DNA of 63,516 nucleotides, counting the filler, from Dimargaris cristalligena (taxonomy: Eukaryota), in assembly GCA_003614675.1 (NCBI GenBank). It is 15 parts of 15 records of this genome, joined end to end, with 100 filler letters (N's around TTAATTAATTAA, not from the genome) between each part and the next. Parts side by side here need not be neighbours in the genome. Positions count along the whole stretch, not along the records: positions 34,283 to 38,406 come from ML003826.1; positions 38,507 to 42,605 come from ML003827.1; positions 42,706 to 46,793 come from ML003828.1; 12 more parts are not named here. One strand, given 5' to 3'. Shown in pieces: positions 34,283 through 46,793 of the stretch (its first letter is position 1; every line of letters begins with the position of its first letter). Under the pieces are notes generated by a model. That model worked only from the letters and a program-made list of their open reading frames with translations. It was not told where the DNA came from and made no database searches. The position numbers were made by a program, and so were the translations under genes.

Positions 34283-35717
34283 CATCGAGATCTGATTCGA
34301 ATTTTTCATTATATAGTACGAATCCAAGTGATTTAGTAATATTTTCCTTTTTTTTTTGTCTTTTAAGATATTTGAACACCTTCAAGATGTTTACGTATTG
34401 ATCTTTTGTTTGTTGCCTATCTCGTTTGGGACCATCTTTCATCTCAAGGGAATGCGTTCTTTGGCTGAGATAAGTACACATTTGTTCGAATATTCTGACA
34501 AGAAGGGAGTCCAGGCAATTTCCAACTTTTTGTTTGCTGACCTCTGACCATTTCCTGTTTTCGAATCCAATGAATCGTCCATTCTTTGTCCAAAACAGGA
34601 CGCCCTGATGAATTTTACCAAATAGATTAGCATAATCATGATCTGCTTTGGGGCAATCGATGATTTTTTTCAAAGTGCGCATTTCTTTCATTACCGTCAT
34701 CTCAAAATGGCATTTATCGGAAGAGTTTTTAACCATAAACATCTCTGGGACTATCTGAGCACAGTACCAATCGTTTAAATCATGTTTGTGTTCGAGGCAG
34801 ATTACAATTCCAATCTCGACAAGCATCGAAATAAAATCGATGTTCTGTTTGGTTGATCATTTTCAATTTTTCAACGCCGGATCGCTCAACCAATGGTTTC
34901 TCCACTTGATTCCGATTGGTGACAAGATTTGATAAACTCATCCAAAGGAGGTTGATATCAAGATAGTTGATGTAATTATTTGTTTGGTTCATCTCTTTTT
35001 CATTGAATTTTATTGCCATTGCGGATTCATCACCGTTTGTTTCAACATGGCATGACTGTATCCTTTTGTTCGATTCACCATAATGTGTTTTCTTGACTAT
35101 TGGCACCGCAGGAGAGGGTTTCTGGGCTACAACCAGCTCCTTTCGTCTCCATACATGCATTGAGCAAGAAATGCGCGTTTTTCAGATTGGTGAGTGATTG
35201 CCCGGAGGGGTCTTTTGTCAAAATTGAACTTATGCGCATTGATGCATCCCAAGCATCGATTTTAAGCCAAAAGGAGCGGTGTCAAGTTCTGCAGGGTTTT
35301 CATCTGAAATGGTGTTCAAGATGTGTCTTTTAATGTCTGCCACTTTTGCTCTCTAAACTTTGGTGTAAGCTTGCAAACTTATTATGTGTTAAGCATTTTA
35401 TCCCCCTGTCTTCAATCTTGTATCCCGCACGTTCAGCATATGCGGTTCCCGCAGCAGGAAGGAGCTTTTCTATAATTTGTTGGAATTTTAAAATCTTCTC
35501 TTGAGTCATTCCCTCCGTGGCTTCTTTTTCACATTTGATGTCCCAATCAAAAAAAGGCCTGACTATTGGATTTTCTTCCAAAAATTCATTGTACATGAAC
35601 CCCACTCGTTTCTCAGAGAATTGTTCGAATTCTTGTCAGGATGACTCGATATTTGTTGTGTAGCCCATGCAACTGTTTGATAAATGTCATTCTCTGTTCT
35701 TTGTGATCATTCTTCAT
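34283..35717 (-). pseudogene. Frameshifted AEP primase fused to a D5-like helicase N-terminal region (NCLDV/Polinton-like type), truncated at contig end
   Basis: Read across several frameshifts: RPFFDWD (AEP motif I), KFASLH (motif II), ELDTAPF..KFNFDKRPL (motif III region), C..ICLEHKHDLNDWY..KC (Zn-binding-like), DHDYANLF..FENRKW (D5_N-like) and KKENITKSLGFVLYNEKFESDLD. Confidence 0.7.
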
Positions 35718-36882
35718 TTTGGTCTTCTATTGAAGATTTACTTTTACAAATGATATTTTTTCACTGTATCAGACCCACTTGCCTATTTATAACCAAAATC
35801 ATTCGCATCATTCTTTTAAAGATTCATACATTCTAAGATTCGAAATCTATTTTTTTTTTTAGATCATGAATCTATCGATAAATCAAGACACAAAGAACTC
35901 TGGCAATGTTGACAATGTAGACAATGTCAACCAAAATGCTGTACTAAATGTTGACAATGTCAACCAAAAAGGAAAAGATTGGATGTCGATCTCCGCAATC
36001 ACGACCCAACAGGTACCTACATAAACAAAAACAAAAACAAAAAATATTGATTTCGAGCTTTTCGTTTCTAGAATGTATAAGAAAAATTCCTTGACACCTA
36101 TTGCTGAAATTACACAAAGAAATTAAGTCAAGTCATTTAAACGGCTGGAATCTATTGGTGCATTGCAGTAAGTTTTCAAACCGTTGAAATGCATCGAAAT
36201 CGTTTCTGAAAACAACGGTGAAAAATCTGTTCACAATTATGCCATGGCTATTATCAAACGTCTGTGCGTGCTTGAAGTTGAAGAAATGAGTCAGATTTGG
36301 CCTGTGAGCAATGATCTTTCTTTTCCAAAAGGCAATCCAATTTTTGGGTCACTGTAGGCGCTTCTTGTTATCTTGATCTCTGGATGCAATTAGAACCCCA
36401 ATGTGTGGGCTTCAACAGGTTTGCTATTCTTTCTCTCTGTCAATAATGTTCTCACTGATCGTCATGTTGAATGAAGTTGTTTCTCTTTCATTACATTTGG
36501 TAAATTCTTTCGAATTCGTTTCATGCATTGGAATCGTTCTATCCATACCTTTTATTCTTTAAAAAATATCTTTTCATTTTCCTTCTTATTTTCAATCTTT
36601 CGAAAAATTCTATCCATTCTTTTCATTCTTTTGAAAAATTCATTTCATTTTCTCATTTTTTTTCGTTCTTTCGAAACATCTTTTTGTTTTCACCATTCTT
36701 TTCAACCTTTCGAAAAATCCCTTCCATCGTTGCGATCTGCATCAATCGAAACGATTATTCTAGCCCCTTCTTTCGACAATTTGTTTTTATTCTTTTCACA
36801 AATTGGTTGACAATTTATTCCACTGTTTACACCAAAACTCTCCTTACATGGTCATGTTGTTTTGCATGGTTCCTTCACCTTT

Positions 36883-37057
36883 CCGTGGTACTGGGACCTG
36901 TCACTTCCCTTGGGTCCGTTCCTTTTCCGTGGTAATGTGACCTGTCGCGTCCCTTGGTTCTGTTTCCTTACCGTCATAATTTGACCTGTCGCTTCCCTTG
37001 GTTCCGTTTAATTACCGTGGTAATGGGACCTGTTGCTTCCCATGGTTCCCTTTCTGT
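36883..37057. repeat. 44-bp tandem repeat, 4 units
   Basis: Units start at 36883, 36927, 36971 and 37015. Consensus CCGTGGTAATGGGACCTGTCGCTTCCCTTGGTTCCGTTTCCTTA. Confidence 0.9.
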
Positions 37058-37294
37058 GTGTTTTTCAGATGCTGTCCTTTTCGTTTCCGTGGTAACATAA
37101 TATTCTTTTTAATCAATTGATTCCATATATTTGGAGTCAATCCGTTACCATGTTCAGAAGATTTCATCTTTTTGTTCCGAAAATATTTTGCTATTCAGCA
37201 GTACATGCTGATTTATTTTCACATCTTGCCTTTCTGCAGGTGGGACAACCACGAGTTGGTTGATATAAAAATTTGTCAAATTATTTCAACATTC

Positions 37295-37565
37295 ATTTCA
37301 ACATCTTCAACATCCTCAACATCTTTTGAAGAACTTTATCAATAAACTATTAATCTTTCTCCACTCTTTCTTGCGAATCACCATTCAACATCTTCAACAT
37401 TCAACATCTTTTGAAAAACTTTATCGATAAACAAATTATCTTTCTCCACTCTTTCTTGCAAATCAACCTCTTCAACATTGAACATCTTTTGGAAAACTTT
37501 GTTGATAAGCTATTTATCTATAACCATAAACTAGTTAACTTTTTCCACTCTTTCTTGCGAATCTG
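37295..37565. repeat. Three degenerate ~85-95-bp tandem units
   Basis: AACATCTTTTG.A.AACTTT.T..ATAA.C...TCCACTCTTTCTTGC.AATC recurs three times. Confidence 0.75.
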
Positions 37566-37785
37566 CTCAAATTGTCTGGATCAGAGTATGATAGGCAACT
37601 TTTTGTTACTGAACGCCATAGTAATTGATTCGAACCCCTTTTTTTTCCACCTCATTGTTTTGACAATTTCTTTTCATTCTTTCCACAAATTGTTTGACAA
37701 TTTCTCCCATTTTTTTTCACACCAACACTCTCGTTACGTGGGATTGCAAATGGTCATGTTCTTTTCCATGTTTCCGTTTTCTTTA

Positions 37786-37918
37786 TCGTGGTTAATGGGA
37801 GCTGTCGCTTCCCATGGTTCCGCTTCCTTGCCCTGGTAATGTGACCGGTCGCGTCCCGTGGTTTCATTCCCTTACTATGGTACTGTGACCTGTGGCTTCC
37901 CATGGTTCCATTTCCGTG
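37786..37918. repeat. 44-bp tandem repeat, 3 units, inside the second copy of a ~450-bp direct duplication
   Basis: Units at ~37786, 37831 and 37875. The flanks (TTTTCAGATGCTGTCCTTT..AATCAATTGAT.CCATATATTTGGAGTCAAT..CAGGTGGGACAACCAC) duplicate 37060-37251. Confidence 0.85.
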
Positions 37919-38231
37919 TGTTTTCAGATGCTGTCCTTTCGTTGCAAAGTACTATTCTCATTAATCAATTGATGCCATATATTTGGAGTCAATATGTTAC
38001 CATGTTCATTTTTTCGTTCCAAAAACATTTGGCTATTCCGTAGTACACGCTATTTTACTTTCACATCTAGCTGCTTTGCGGCGTGCCCATAGGGCACCCC
38101 ACCTCAGGTGGGACAACCACAGGTCGGGTGATTTACAAGTATCCTTTTGCTCACAGTCGACATTAAATTGCAAAGCATCTTCTTTTTTCAAAAATATCAA
38201 AAACAACAAAAATATTATATGCGATTCAAAC

Positions 38232-38406
38232 ATGGAAGAAATCTATTTTGACGTTTTCGCATACAGAATGATGAAGAACAGTTCCTTGGTTCCTTTGCCA
38301 AAAACAACTCGTAATTTTTACAGCAAACTTCTCGAAAGACTTGCCACCGTTGGCGATCTTGAACATGTCTTCGACCCTGAAAAATGCATGAAGATTTGTT
38401 CATTTG
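38232..38406 (+). CDS. Partial hypothetical protein (N-terminus only)
   Basis: AAACATGG start context. Open to the contig edge: MEEIYFDVFAYRMMKNSSLVPLPKTTRNFYSKLLERL... Confidence 0.4.
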
Positions 38407-39687
38407 NNNNNNNNNNNNNNNNNNNNNNNNNNNNNNNNNNNNNNNNNNNNTTAATTAATTAANNNNNNNNNNNNNNNNNNNNNNNNNNNNNNNNNNNNNN
38501 NNNNNNTTTGCGGCCATCCTCAATTAAACCAGCGGCCCTAATGGCATTGTTATTTTTATTTTTTTCAAAAGCAACTATGGGCCCCCTTTTACCTTCAATG
38601 GGCTGAAAACCCCCTCTTCCTCTATGGCCATCTGCCCCAAAATTTCCAAACGAATGTTATAGAGAAAATATATATTTCTTTTGCACCTCCTTAGTGGGGA
38701 AGAACTTAATAGCTGACCGCCTACTTATATTGGGGATGCCCTTACACCGTCACCTTAGGAATTTACCTTTATATTTAGATTTTGGCGGTTACCGCACCCT
38801 GTTGTCAACAGTCTACTGAAATAAATATGTTGGAAATACTAAAGAAATAGCACTAAACCTGAGGTAAAGGGTAGAAAGCAGCTAGAGGATGGTAGGTGTT
38901 GCCAGGTGGTTAGTTTTATTGAATAATATTATCGGTAGGGCGCAATATAAGTGGTTAAAATGAGTGGTCACAGGTTAACTAAATAAAATATCATAATTGG
39001 TGGAAACTGGATAGGATAAAAGACCCATCGAGGCATATTTCTCAACATCCACTACCCTATTTACCAGTGCATTCACAATAGAATGGCAGCTCTTTGTCAA
39101 GGCAATGTACACTGACTAAAGTGAATGTGCTTTACACCTTGCCATTATTTAATTTACTAAAATAACATGTAATTCACGCAGTGTGAGACCCCCATCCCCG
39201 ACTGCTCCAAAGCTTATTACCCAAGGTTCTAATAAAACATAGAGTAAAATTGTTGCGTTTAGACCATATATCTGTCATTGCGTGACTATTCCTTGTACTG
39301 GGGCCGATGCCATTGGGTTGTTAACCTAAACTTTTCCATTACTGTATATGCTTGCAGTGGCTAGTCCCCCGACTTCCAAACAATGCTATGGATGGTATGT
39401 TTATCTATCACGATGATAGGGAATGTCGATTTTAGAATGATTCATACAAGTCAGTGAAGGTAAGGCAGGAATAAATCCCTGTTATCACCCACCATATGAA
39501 CAGGTGGTAGTGCACTGACATGAATTGTTGGAACAACTGGGAAAAATAATAATTGCCTAATGAGTAAGTCACCATTCTTTGGGAATAGGTGCACTCCTGG
39601 CCCTGGAACCTTCAGGGTTATTGCAAAGTTGGTATCCGCAGTGTAACCGAGTCATAACTGTGTATAATGGCATTGGCAGATACATAT

Positions 39688-39823
39688 GGATGAAGTTCAG
39701 CTTAGCTGTATAAGAATTTAACTGATATGTGTATGGGAAAATCGGTGGGATGTTTATTTTCAACCAGTAGTATTTGCCTCATTAAATGGATTTTTCATTA
39801 TACAGCCTGGCTGAACTACTCCC
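39688..39823. mobile_element. MITE, 136-bp family
   Basis: ATAT-GGATGAAGTTCAG...CTGAACTACTCCC-ATAT. Confidence 0.8.
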
Positions 39824-42788
39824 ATATTGTTAATATTAAATTGGCTACAATAGGGAATTACATGAAATTTTCGGACGCTTCTGCCTTATGTTCCTTTCAG
39901 ATGATTCGACTTCCCAAATTGAAAGAACCACGTGTTCCATTGCATTCATAAGGGGCGGGAATATCACTTGCCAACTGGCCTGGGGTGATCAAGGGTGCCA
40001 TGGTCCTTCCATCCCGTAAATAATGTCAACCTTCTTTTCTGCAGTAAATGATTACAGGTTAAATTCATGATCTTCAAATACGATGAAAAACTTTTATTTA
40101 AAAATGAATAATAAAAACCATGTGGCTCATATGACCACTTGGCCATCTTAACCCTGCCGTGAGACTATTTGGTGCTATTCACTTTACTAGTATCCTTATC
40201 CAGTCTGTGATGACTGTTGCACTGGCCTGGGTGGTGGCAGTACCCAAAACTATAAGAGTGGCTGCCGCCCCACTTCCTATGTTCTCCATACAACTTTTTT
40301 CAAGCATTATCAACTATTATAATGACTGCCATTAATACTATTACTGTGAACAATGATCTTGTCAACAGGGACTACCCTGTTGCAGATCCGAGAGCGCCAA
40401 TAAAGCCTATTAAATGGCTTCTCAGGAAGGTAAGTTATGTCACTCATTTATTTTTATATTTATTCATATATTTTTGCTTTCTACTATATAAGCGGGGTAA
40501 CCTACTGTATATATATGTTTCTGGGATATATACTTTTCAATATAAAAGTGTTTTAGATTGTAATATCCCTTTTGCGATTGTGAAAACATCATCGGTATCA
40601 GCAATGTGGTGGTGGCTTATACTATCAATGGAATTGAAATAGTCACTCTCCATTATGCTGGTTATATTATAATTCTCTTCCAATTGAATATATACACTAC
40701 ATTTTAGATGCTATTTTTACTAATCTAGATTTTATTAGATATTTCTTGCATTCCTCTTATTTGTATTTTGTATGTTAATATCTAACAGATTAAACACTTT
40801 TTTGTCTCCTAAAAATGAACGGCATGCTTTATCATCCGTATCGGACTCCGAATATATACCATTCGAGTTTCCGCCCATATCCGCCTGCATTCCGACTAGG
40901 CTTATGCCAGAACAATACCTCCGCTACATTGGCATTGCATTGAATCATTGGGCGATAATGGATTACCCTCATATTATCCACAGCAACCCTCCGGCTACTA
41001 TTGCCGATATCTCAATCTAAGAGTAACTTTTGCTCTTCACATCATAGTATTGCTTCTTATAACCCGACGGTTGGGCTCAGTTTTACTGGGACTAATGCGG
41101 TACCACCCTTAACTCATGATAGCATGCTCTGGGACCACAACAACCAGGGAGGAGGCTATCCAGAAACCCCAGTCATGGGCAAAGAATAACTCCTGCTCAC
41201 CATTACAATAACCCCAACCCCCAAGGCACTTATCATCATTACCAAATGCATACTAGACATGGTGCCACCCCATTTCACCCAGTCTATCCCAAGGTTGCTA
41301 CACTTAATGGGAGAAACTCTGCAGCTACTAGGCATTATCAGCCGTACACAGTAGAATCAGGACTGACTATATAAAGGATATTCTGGTCACCTTGTCGGAG
41401 TTTCCTTAGTATTCTAGCATTCCTATCACCACTATATTACTTTGCTTATATCTCCTTTACTATATCACCTTAATAAAACGCTCCCCTTTCTCACTTATTT
41501 AACAGTATAAATAGCTACGAAACTACCTATCTATTAATGAAGTAACAGATTATAACCCACGTTCTTTGAGACTATCTTTCTTGGAATCAGTTAGTAGTAT
41601 TAGTCGGTACCTTATCATTATTCCCTCTTATGTATCACCACCTCGGTGGTAGGAAACCCTAACACCCTCTATACCCCTGTTCTTCCGAGCCCCTGCCATT
41701 GACCCGTGTACCTTCCCTGCCTAAAAAGCCGTAAAAGTATAAAATACAGGCAATGAATGTCACTAACTGGTCTTGCTATTCTATTGCCCCATCCCTACTG
41801 TCACAGTATCCAACTGTGCCAATTCCATATCAATACTTACGTGGTAGGCACATGAACTAATACATATGCGGGAGTCGCATTGATCAGCACTTATTAAAGC
41901 GGAACACAAGGGGGGAGGCTTATTAATATTTCTTCAATTTTGTGCTCTCTACCTGCCCATCCTTATCATTCAAAAACAATTACCTCACCTACCCGCATAA
42001 CAGTCTCTCCCAACACAGAAATTACCATTGCCTACAATAGGAAGTTGGCCCTAGATATTCTGAAGAGGGGACAGTCTCTTTATAATCTAGTTGTAATCTG
42101 ATTTATGAATGGTGGCCAGCAATGTAATGTTCATGGTAAATACAGATAGTAAAAATTAGGTCCCTGGGAGTAGACCTTTAAACTGGTAATGTGAAGTCAG
42201 AGTAATACACCAACCCAGATATCTAGTATGGGCCTGTCCCAGGGTAATTTGGTGCATCAAAACCAAGTATCACACTTGAATCCCAATGCTAGTTTACATA
42301 GTGGTTTTAGGAGGGAGAACTGGTGTCCTTTAAACAAAGCTATTTGCAGCACCATCATTCCTCATGGACATCTCTGTTAACTATGTAGCATTTGATCTAC
42401 AAGCCACCAGCCGTACCCACAGCATCTATATGGTATATAGTATCTATGATATTACAACAACTATCACTTAACCATGTACTGTCTAAATCTGGACCACTGC
42501 TCCCTTATAATGGGTCCCTTTAATTTATATCAATTGGTGTATATCACCCAACCTTCAAAATAGACCTGGACTATTTTGGCACATTGAAGTGTGGCATGAG
42601 GGCATNNNNNNNNNNNNNNNNNNNNNNNNNNNNNNNNNNNNNNNNNNNNTTAATTAATTAANNNNNNNNNNNNNNNNNNNNNNNNNNNNNNNNNNNNNNN
42701 NNNNNACGGAGCCCGTTCTATCTAAATGATAAATATGGACAACTTAGGAAAATGAGAAGGGCATAGGTGCCAATGCCAGAAAGCATAT

Positions 42789-42924
42789 GGATGAAATTCA
42801 AACCAGCTGTATAAGGTTTTACATAATACATGCATCGGCAAATGTATATGGGAATAGCTTTTAACTAGTGATATTGACCTCACCCAATGGATTTTTCATT
42901 ATACAGCCTGAATGAACTTCTCCC
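42789..42924. mobile_element. MITE, 136-bp family
   Basis: ATAT-GGATGAAATTCAAACCAGCTGTATAA...TTATACAGCCTGAATGAACTTCTCCC-ATAT. Close reverse complement of 363-497. Confidence 0.85.
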
Positions 42925-43025
42925 ATATGGAAATGTATCAAAATCGGAAGGTGAAGATAACAAGTGTGTGCCTTTACCATTCTGGTGGCCAATTTAAGCG
43001 TGGCAATGACCATCATTTACGGTTA

Positions 43026-43253
43026 TTAATCCACGGTTGGAGTGCGAAGGGGGCGGGGCGGGTTGGATGCAGGAGCTATAATTCTTATCGAACCTGGGGG
43101 ATGCTCGTACACAGGGCTGGGGCTGTCAAGGGCAACTCGCCGGCGCTCGAGATAAGGTGTAGGTTGGGGAAAGGCGGCAGGATCGGCCTGGGCCGTAGTG
43201 CTAATGCCGATGACCGCGATGAGGAGGAACTTGGTAAGCGAGAGGCAGTTCAT
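43026..43253 (-). CDS. Small secreted prepro-peptide (75 aa)
   Basis: Hydrophobic signal (KFLLIAVIGISTTAQA), pro-region ending LERR (Kex2-type site), Pro-rich mature part. TATA-like element ~105 nt upstream. CpG-rich. Confidence 0.6.
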   Translation of the reverse strand: MNCLSLTKFLLIAVIGISTTAQADPAAFPQPTPYLERRRVALDSPSPVYEHPPGSIRIIAPASNPPRPLRTPTVD

Positions 43254-44541
43254 GGTAAGGGTGGGTGGGGATGAGAGGGGCGGATTGGTTGAGATGGAGG
43301 CAAGCGGTGCTGGGAGGGAAGATATTTTAACCTGAGAGGCGGGCCAACAGGGTTTTTATATTTTCCCAAAGATGCATCGCAGCTTATTGACATTCACTTG
43401 CTGTGCCAAGTTTAATGCGGCGAACTTGGCTAAATACCGCCTGAATTAGATGTAGCCCATGTCTGGACCATTCTAACCGTCGTCCAATAAAGCACTCAAT
43501 AAAGCCCTTGACTGTATCCCCCCCTTCTTCCTCGGTATATCGTGTGACGTTGCCGCGGTTTCCACGAGTATAATGTATAAATACTATGTTGATCTTGGCC
43601 TTTTTAATGACACTTCCCCAACATCGACCTAACAGATTACACTATTAACAGTGGAGCGTGTTACCCACATTGGCTTACTGTGTTCCGGCCTTTGTAAGCA
43701 GATGCCAGTGTGCTTAGTCGTTCATTTTTCTAAGAAATCGGTCGTTTGTTGTGTAATGGTTGGGTAGTTTCCTAGCCAATGTTGATAATAAAATCGCACG
43801 AAAAATGGGGCACTAATAGGAAGACGCAACTAGATTTGTGATGCCACGAGATAACTAAAGTAGAAGTCATATCTCTACGTAGTCGACAGGTAAAGCCATT
43901 GATACTAACCAGAGATGAGAAACATGATATAGCTTCTTCAAGATGTCCTCCTGGTGATTATGGATATTCACCGAGGTCATTGCGCTACTGTTGGGAAAAC
44001 AAACAAAACTATGACTGGGTGGCATTCTGTAAAAAACTTAAAGTGGCATGCATTAATTCAACTGTCAGCTATCTATTAGAACTTTATTTTCCGTGCCCCA
44101 TTGATTCCGTATCACTGGTTATATCATCCCATATTCAGGACATCGATTTGTTTTGATTACTTCTTTTATCCAACTCAATAAAACCAACCGTGGGCATCTA
44201 GCTTTGCCAATTGTGATTCCTTTTTTCTTCTATAATTTTTTAAAGTTGCATTAGAAGATACTTATGTTTACCCTTCGATATTATCATTCCAGCACTATCA
44301 CCGCCTTGACCGAAATAGCCCCTTCAGTGTTTAGGAAATTGATTAATTGGCCTAAGCTTTTAGATGGCCGCTCTAACTCCCGTTTCCTTGGCCCGACGTT
44401 GCTAGGGGACTCAGGATACTCACAACACGCTACTAGGTCGCCAGTAGTGAAGGTCACGTTTTGTCTAATTGGAAATCGTAAGTTCGGATAATCAAATGTT
44501 TCGAATATGGTTGGGTCTCTTATCCCTATTCTTAAGTATAT

Positions 44542-44677
44542 GGGTGAACTTCAACCCAACTATATATGACTTTACATAATATGTGTTTGGGATACTATCT
44601 GCGAGAATAACTTTTGACCAGTGATATTTACCTTGTCAAATGGATTTTTTGTTATACAACCTGGGTGAACTTCTGCC
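44542..44677. mobile_element. MITE, 136-bp family
   Basis: ATAT-GGGTGAACTTCAACCC...GGGTGAACTTCTGCC-ATAT. Confidence 0.8.
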
Positions 44678-45243
44678 ATATCCTCTATTTATTGAAGATA
44701 CACCACACATGCCAACTTGAGTGAATATATAAAACGCCAAAAGGGGAGGGGCAGCTGCATGGTGGGTCTCTTGGGGCCCATGCACCAGTATTATTGAATG
44801 AGATCACTTTAAAACCCATGACAGGATTAGGTACATGTCCAGATAAGCAAAGGAAAATATGATACAGTAATCATACATTCTTTCCTGGAGCAGTTAAAAG
44901 GGCATGGTAATCCCACCCCATAAAAAAGATGGATTTTGTTTGACAAGTAATAGCACTGTTAAATCCATGGTCTGATAGGGTGAATGTCCCCCTAATGGTG
45001 GTTTTGGTATTTTTCCAAGGACATTAACTTAATGAACCCCCCTGATATTTCTCTGTTATTCCTAGATTACAATCAGCCTATTAATAACAGTCAACTGTTA
45101 AGGGGGGCTACATGTGGCTTGAGGGAAGTCTCTTGCTCTCCAACATACATAGTTTCCTCTTCAATGGTAACACTGGGAGGAATGTTTTTTGAGAGGGTGC
45201 ATTACCAAGGAGTAAATTAACTATATATTTTTGGAGTCCTATA

Positions 45244-46003
45244 TGTAGTACCATCCGGAGGTTGGAATTTATCCCCAGACTATGGGCAGCTAGTCCTCAT
45301 TGTCAGAGGGCGGAATATGCCGTGACATGCAATGGCAGTATCACTCCTGCCATTTACCCACAAATATATATATATATATATACCACCTACACTGTGGCAT
45401 ACACAAAAGCTAACAAACATATTATTCATTCCTTTATACTCACAGTTTGCATTAAAAAGCCTGCTGTTTTTTCCTTGCTTCTAAAAGTCTGACCTATTTT
45501 TTGGCAGATTCCCTGTTATTCCATCTTGTTCCATTTCTTGACCTTTCTCTACGTCCTTTTTCTTGCACCTAGCAGCCCCTAAGGCCCTTGGGATGGCTAT
45601 ATAAGTAACCAGCAAATTCCCACTTATTAGAGGAATCAATCATCACTCATTTTATTTCAAACTCAAATTCCACAATTCCTTGAACTCAGTCCTGATTTTT
45701 TTATTGATTATTTCTTATTGTTTAACACTACCGTTTCTTATATTTATTTTCAATAAAACTCTTGTGTTACTCATTATATCCTCCCCCCATCCTCCGTCCA
45801 ATCCACTGACTACCCACCCCCTCCGAAAACCCACCATATCAATGTCCAATTCTGCCCTAGTCTCATCCCACTCTGTGAACCTCCCATCTTCTGCCACTAT
45901 GGAGCCAACCACCGTGACTTCAGGCCATGTTGATAAGGAGGCCACTGCCTCCTCATGAATCCCAAAGGCTGCCAACAATAGGCCAGACATCCCAGGTAGT
46001 ACA
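45244..46003 (+). mobile_element. Solo LTR family B (760 bp), TSD TATA
   Basis: TGTAGTACC...GGTAGTACA termini. TATA at 45240-45243 and 46004-46007. Confidence 0.88.
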
Positions 46004-46621
46004 TATACATGAACCAGTGGGTGACACTAACTACATTGGGTAATGACCAGGGGTGGCTTGATTGGAAAGGAATAAGTATGGGGGAGGCATGGCAGACATC
46101 TGCCAGTATTTACCTGGAAGAATTTGAAACATTTTTAGTGACTCATTGTAGCACAATTCAGCTAGTATGCAGGTAGCTATCAAAATCAAGGAAGAGGAAG
46201 TGATGCCAAAGGGGTCTCTAGCTGTGAAGACAACCTCTTACATGTCCTAATATTGGCCAGTAGGTCCATTTTCTGAACCACAAGATCCACAAGCATTCAA
46301 GGACTTGGTATGTTATACTAGCAGAAGCAAACTGACCTGTCCAGCATCTAAGGACTGTAGTATCCCGAGTAGCCCATATTTGATAGGTCCTTTACAACTT
46401 AGAAAGTTTAGGAAAAGGGGACTGGGTGGGCCAACATTGCAATTATTTGCAGGTTTTGATCATGCTAGTGAGCAAAATCAAATACAATTAGAATACTAGG
46501 TATTGGTTTTAAGGCTGTACTTGTCATTCACCCTACCATGCCTTAAATCAGCCCATTCTGAAGACCAATCCAGCAATATCTAAATAGGGCAGAGTTTTAG
46601 GCATGTGTAGTGCTGGTTTGG

Positions 46622-46793
46622 TGTGGTGAACTTACCACATTTTTTACCTACTTTTATTTTTTATCTATTTTTCGCACTTATCGGAAGTACGCCCCTGACG
46701 AGTGAATGAGCCCCTGCCCCTGCCCCTGACGAGTATGGTCATTTTTCCTCCATTTTCATTATTATATTGTTTTTTCTATTATTATATTTTATA
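46622..46793 (+). repeat. Terminus of young repeat family E, running to the contig end
   Basis: 46622-46738 matches the reverse complement of 13001-13117 with 2 mismatches. Confidence 0.8.

Noticed and set aside
36883-37057. Possible CRISPR array
   Set aside because: Units are contiguous and degenerate, with no unique spacers and no cas genes. This is a minisatellite.
36523-37839. Phe/Leu-rich plus-strand ORFs resembling membrane proteins
   Set aside because: Explained by T-rich low-complexity and tandem-repeat sequence.
40322-41020. Possible two-exon gene (GTAAGT donor at ~40430, CTAACAG acceptor at ~40788)
   Set aside because: The spliced frame stops after seven codons unless a T-run indel is assumed, and there is no homology evidence.
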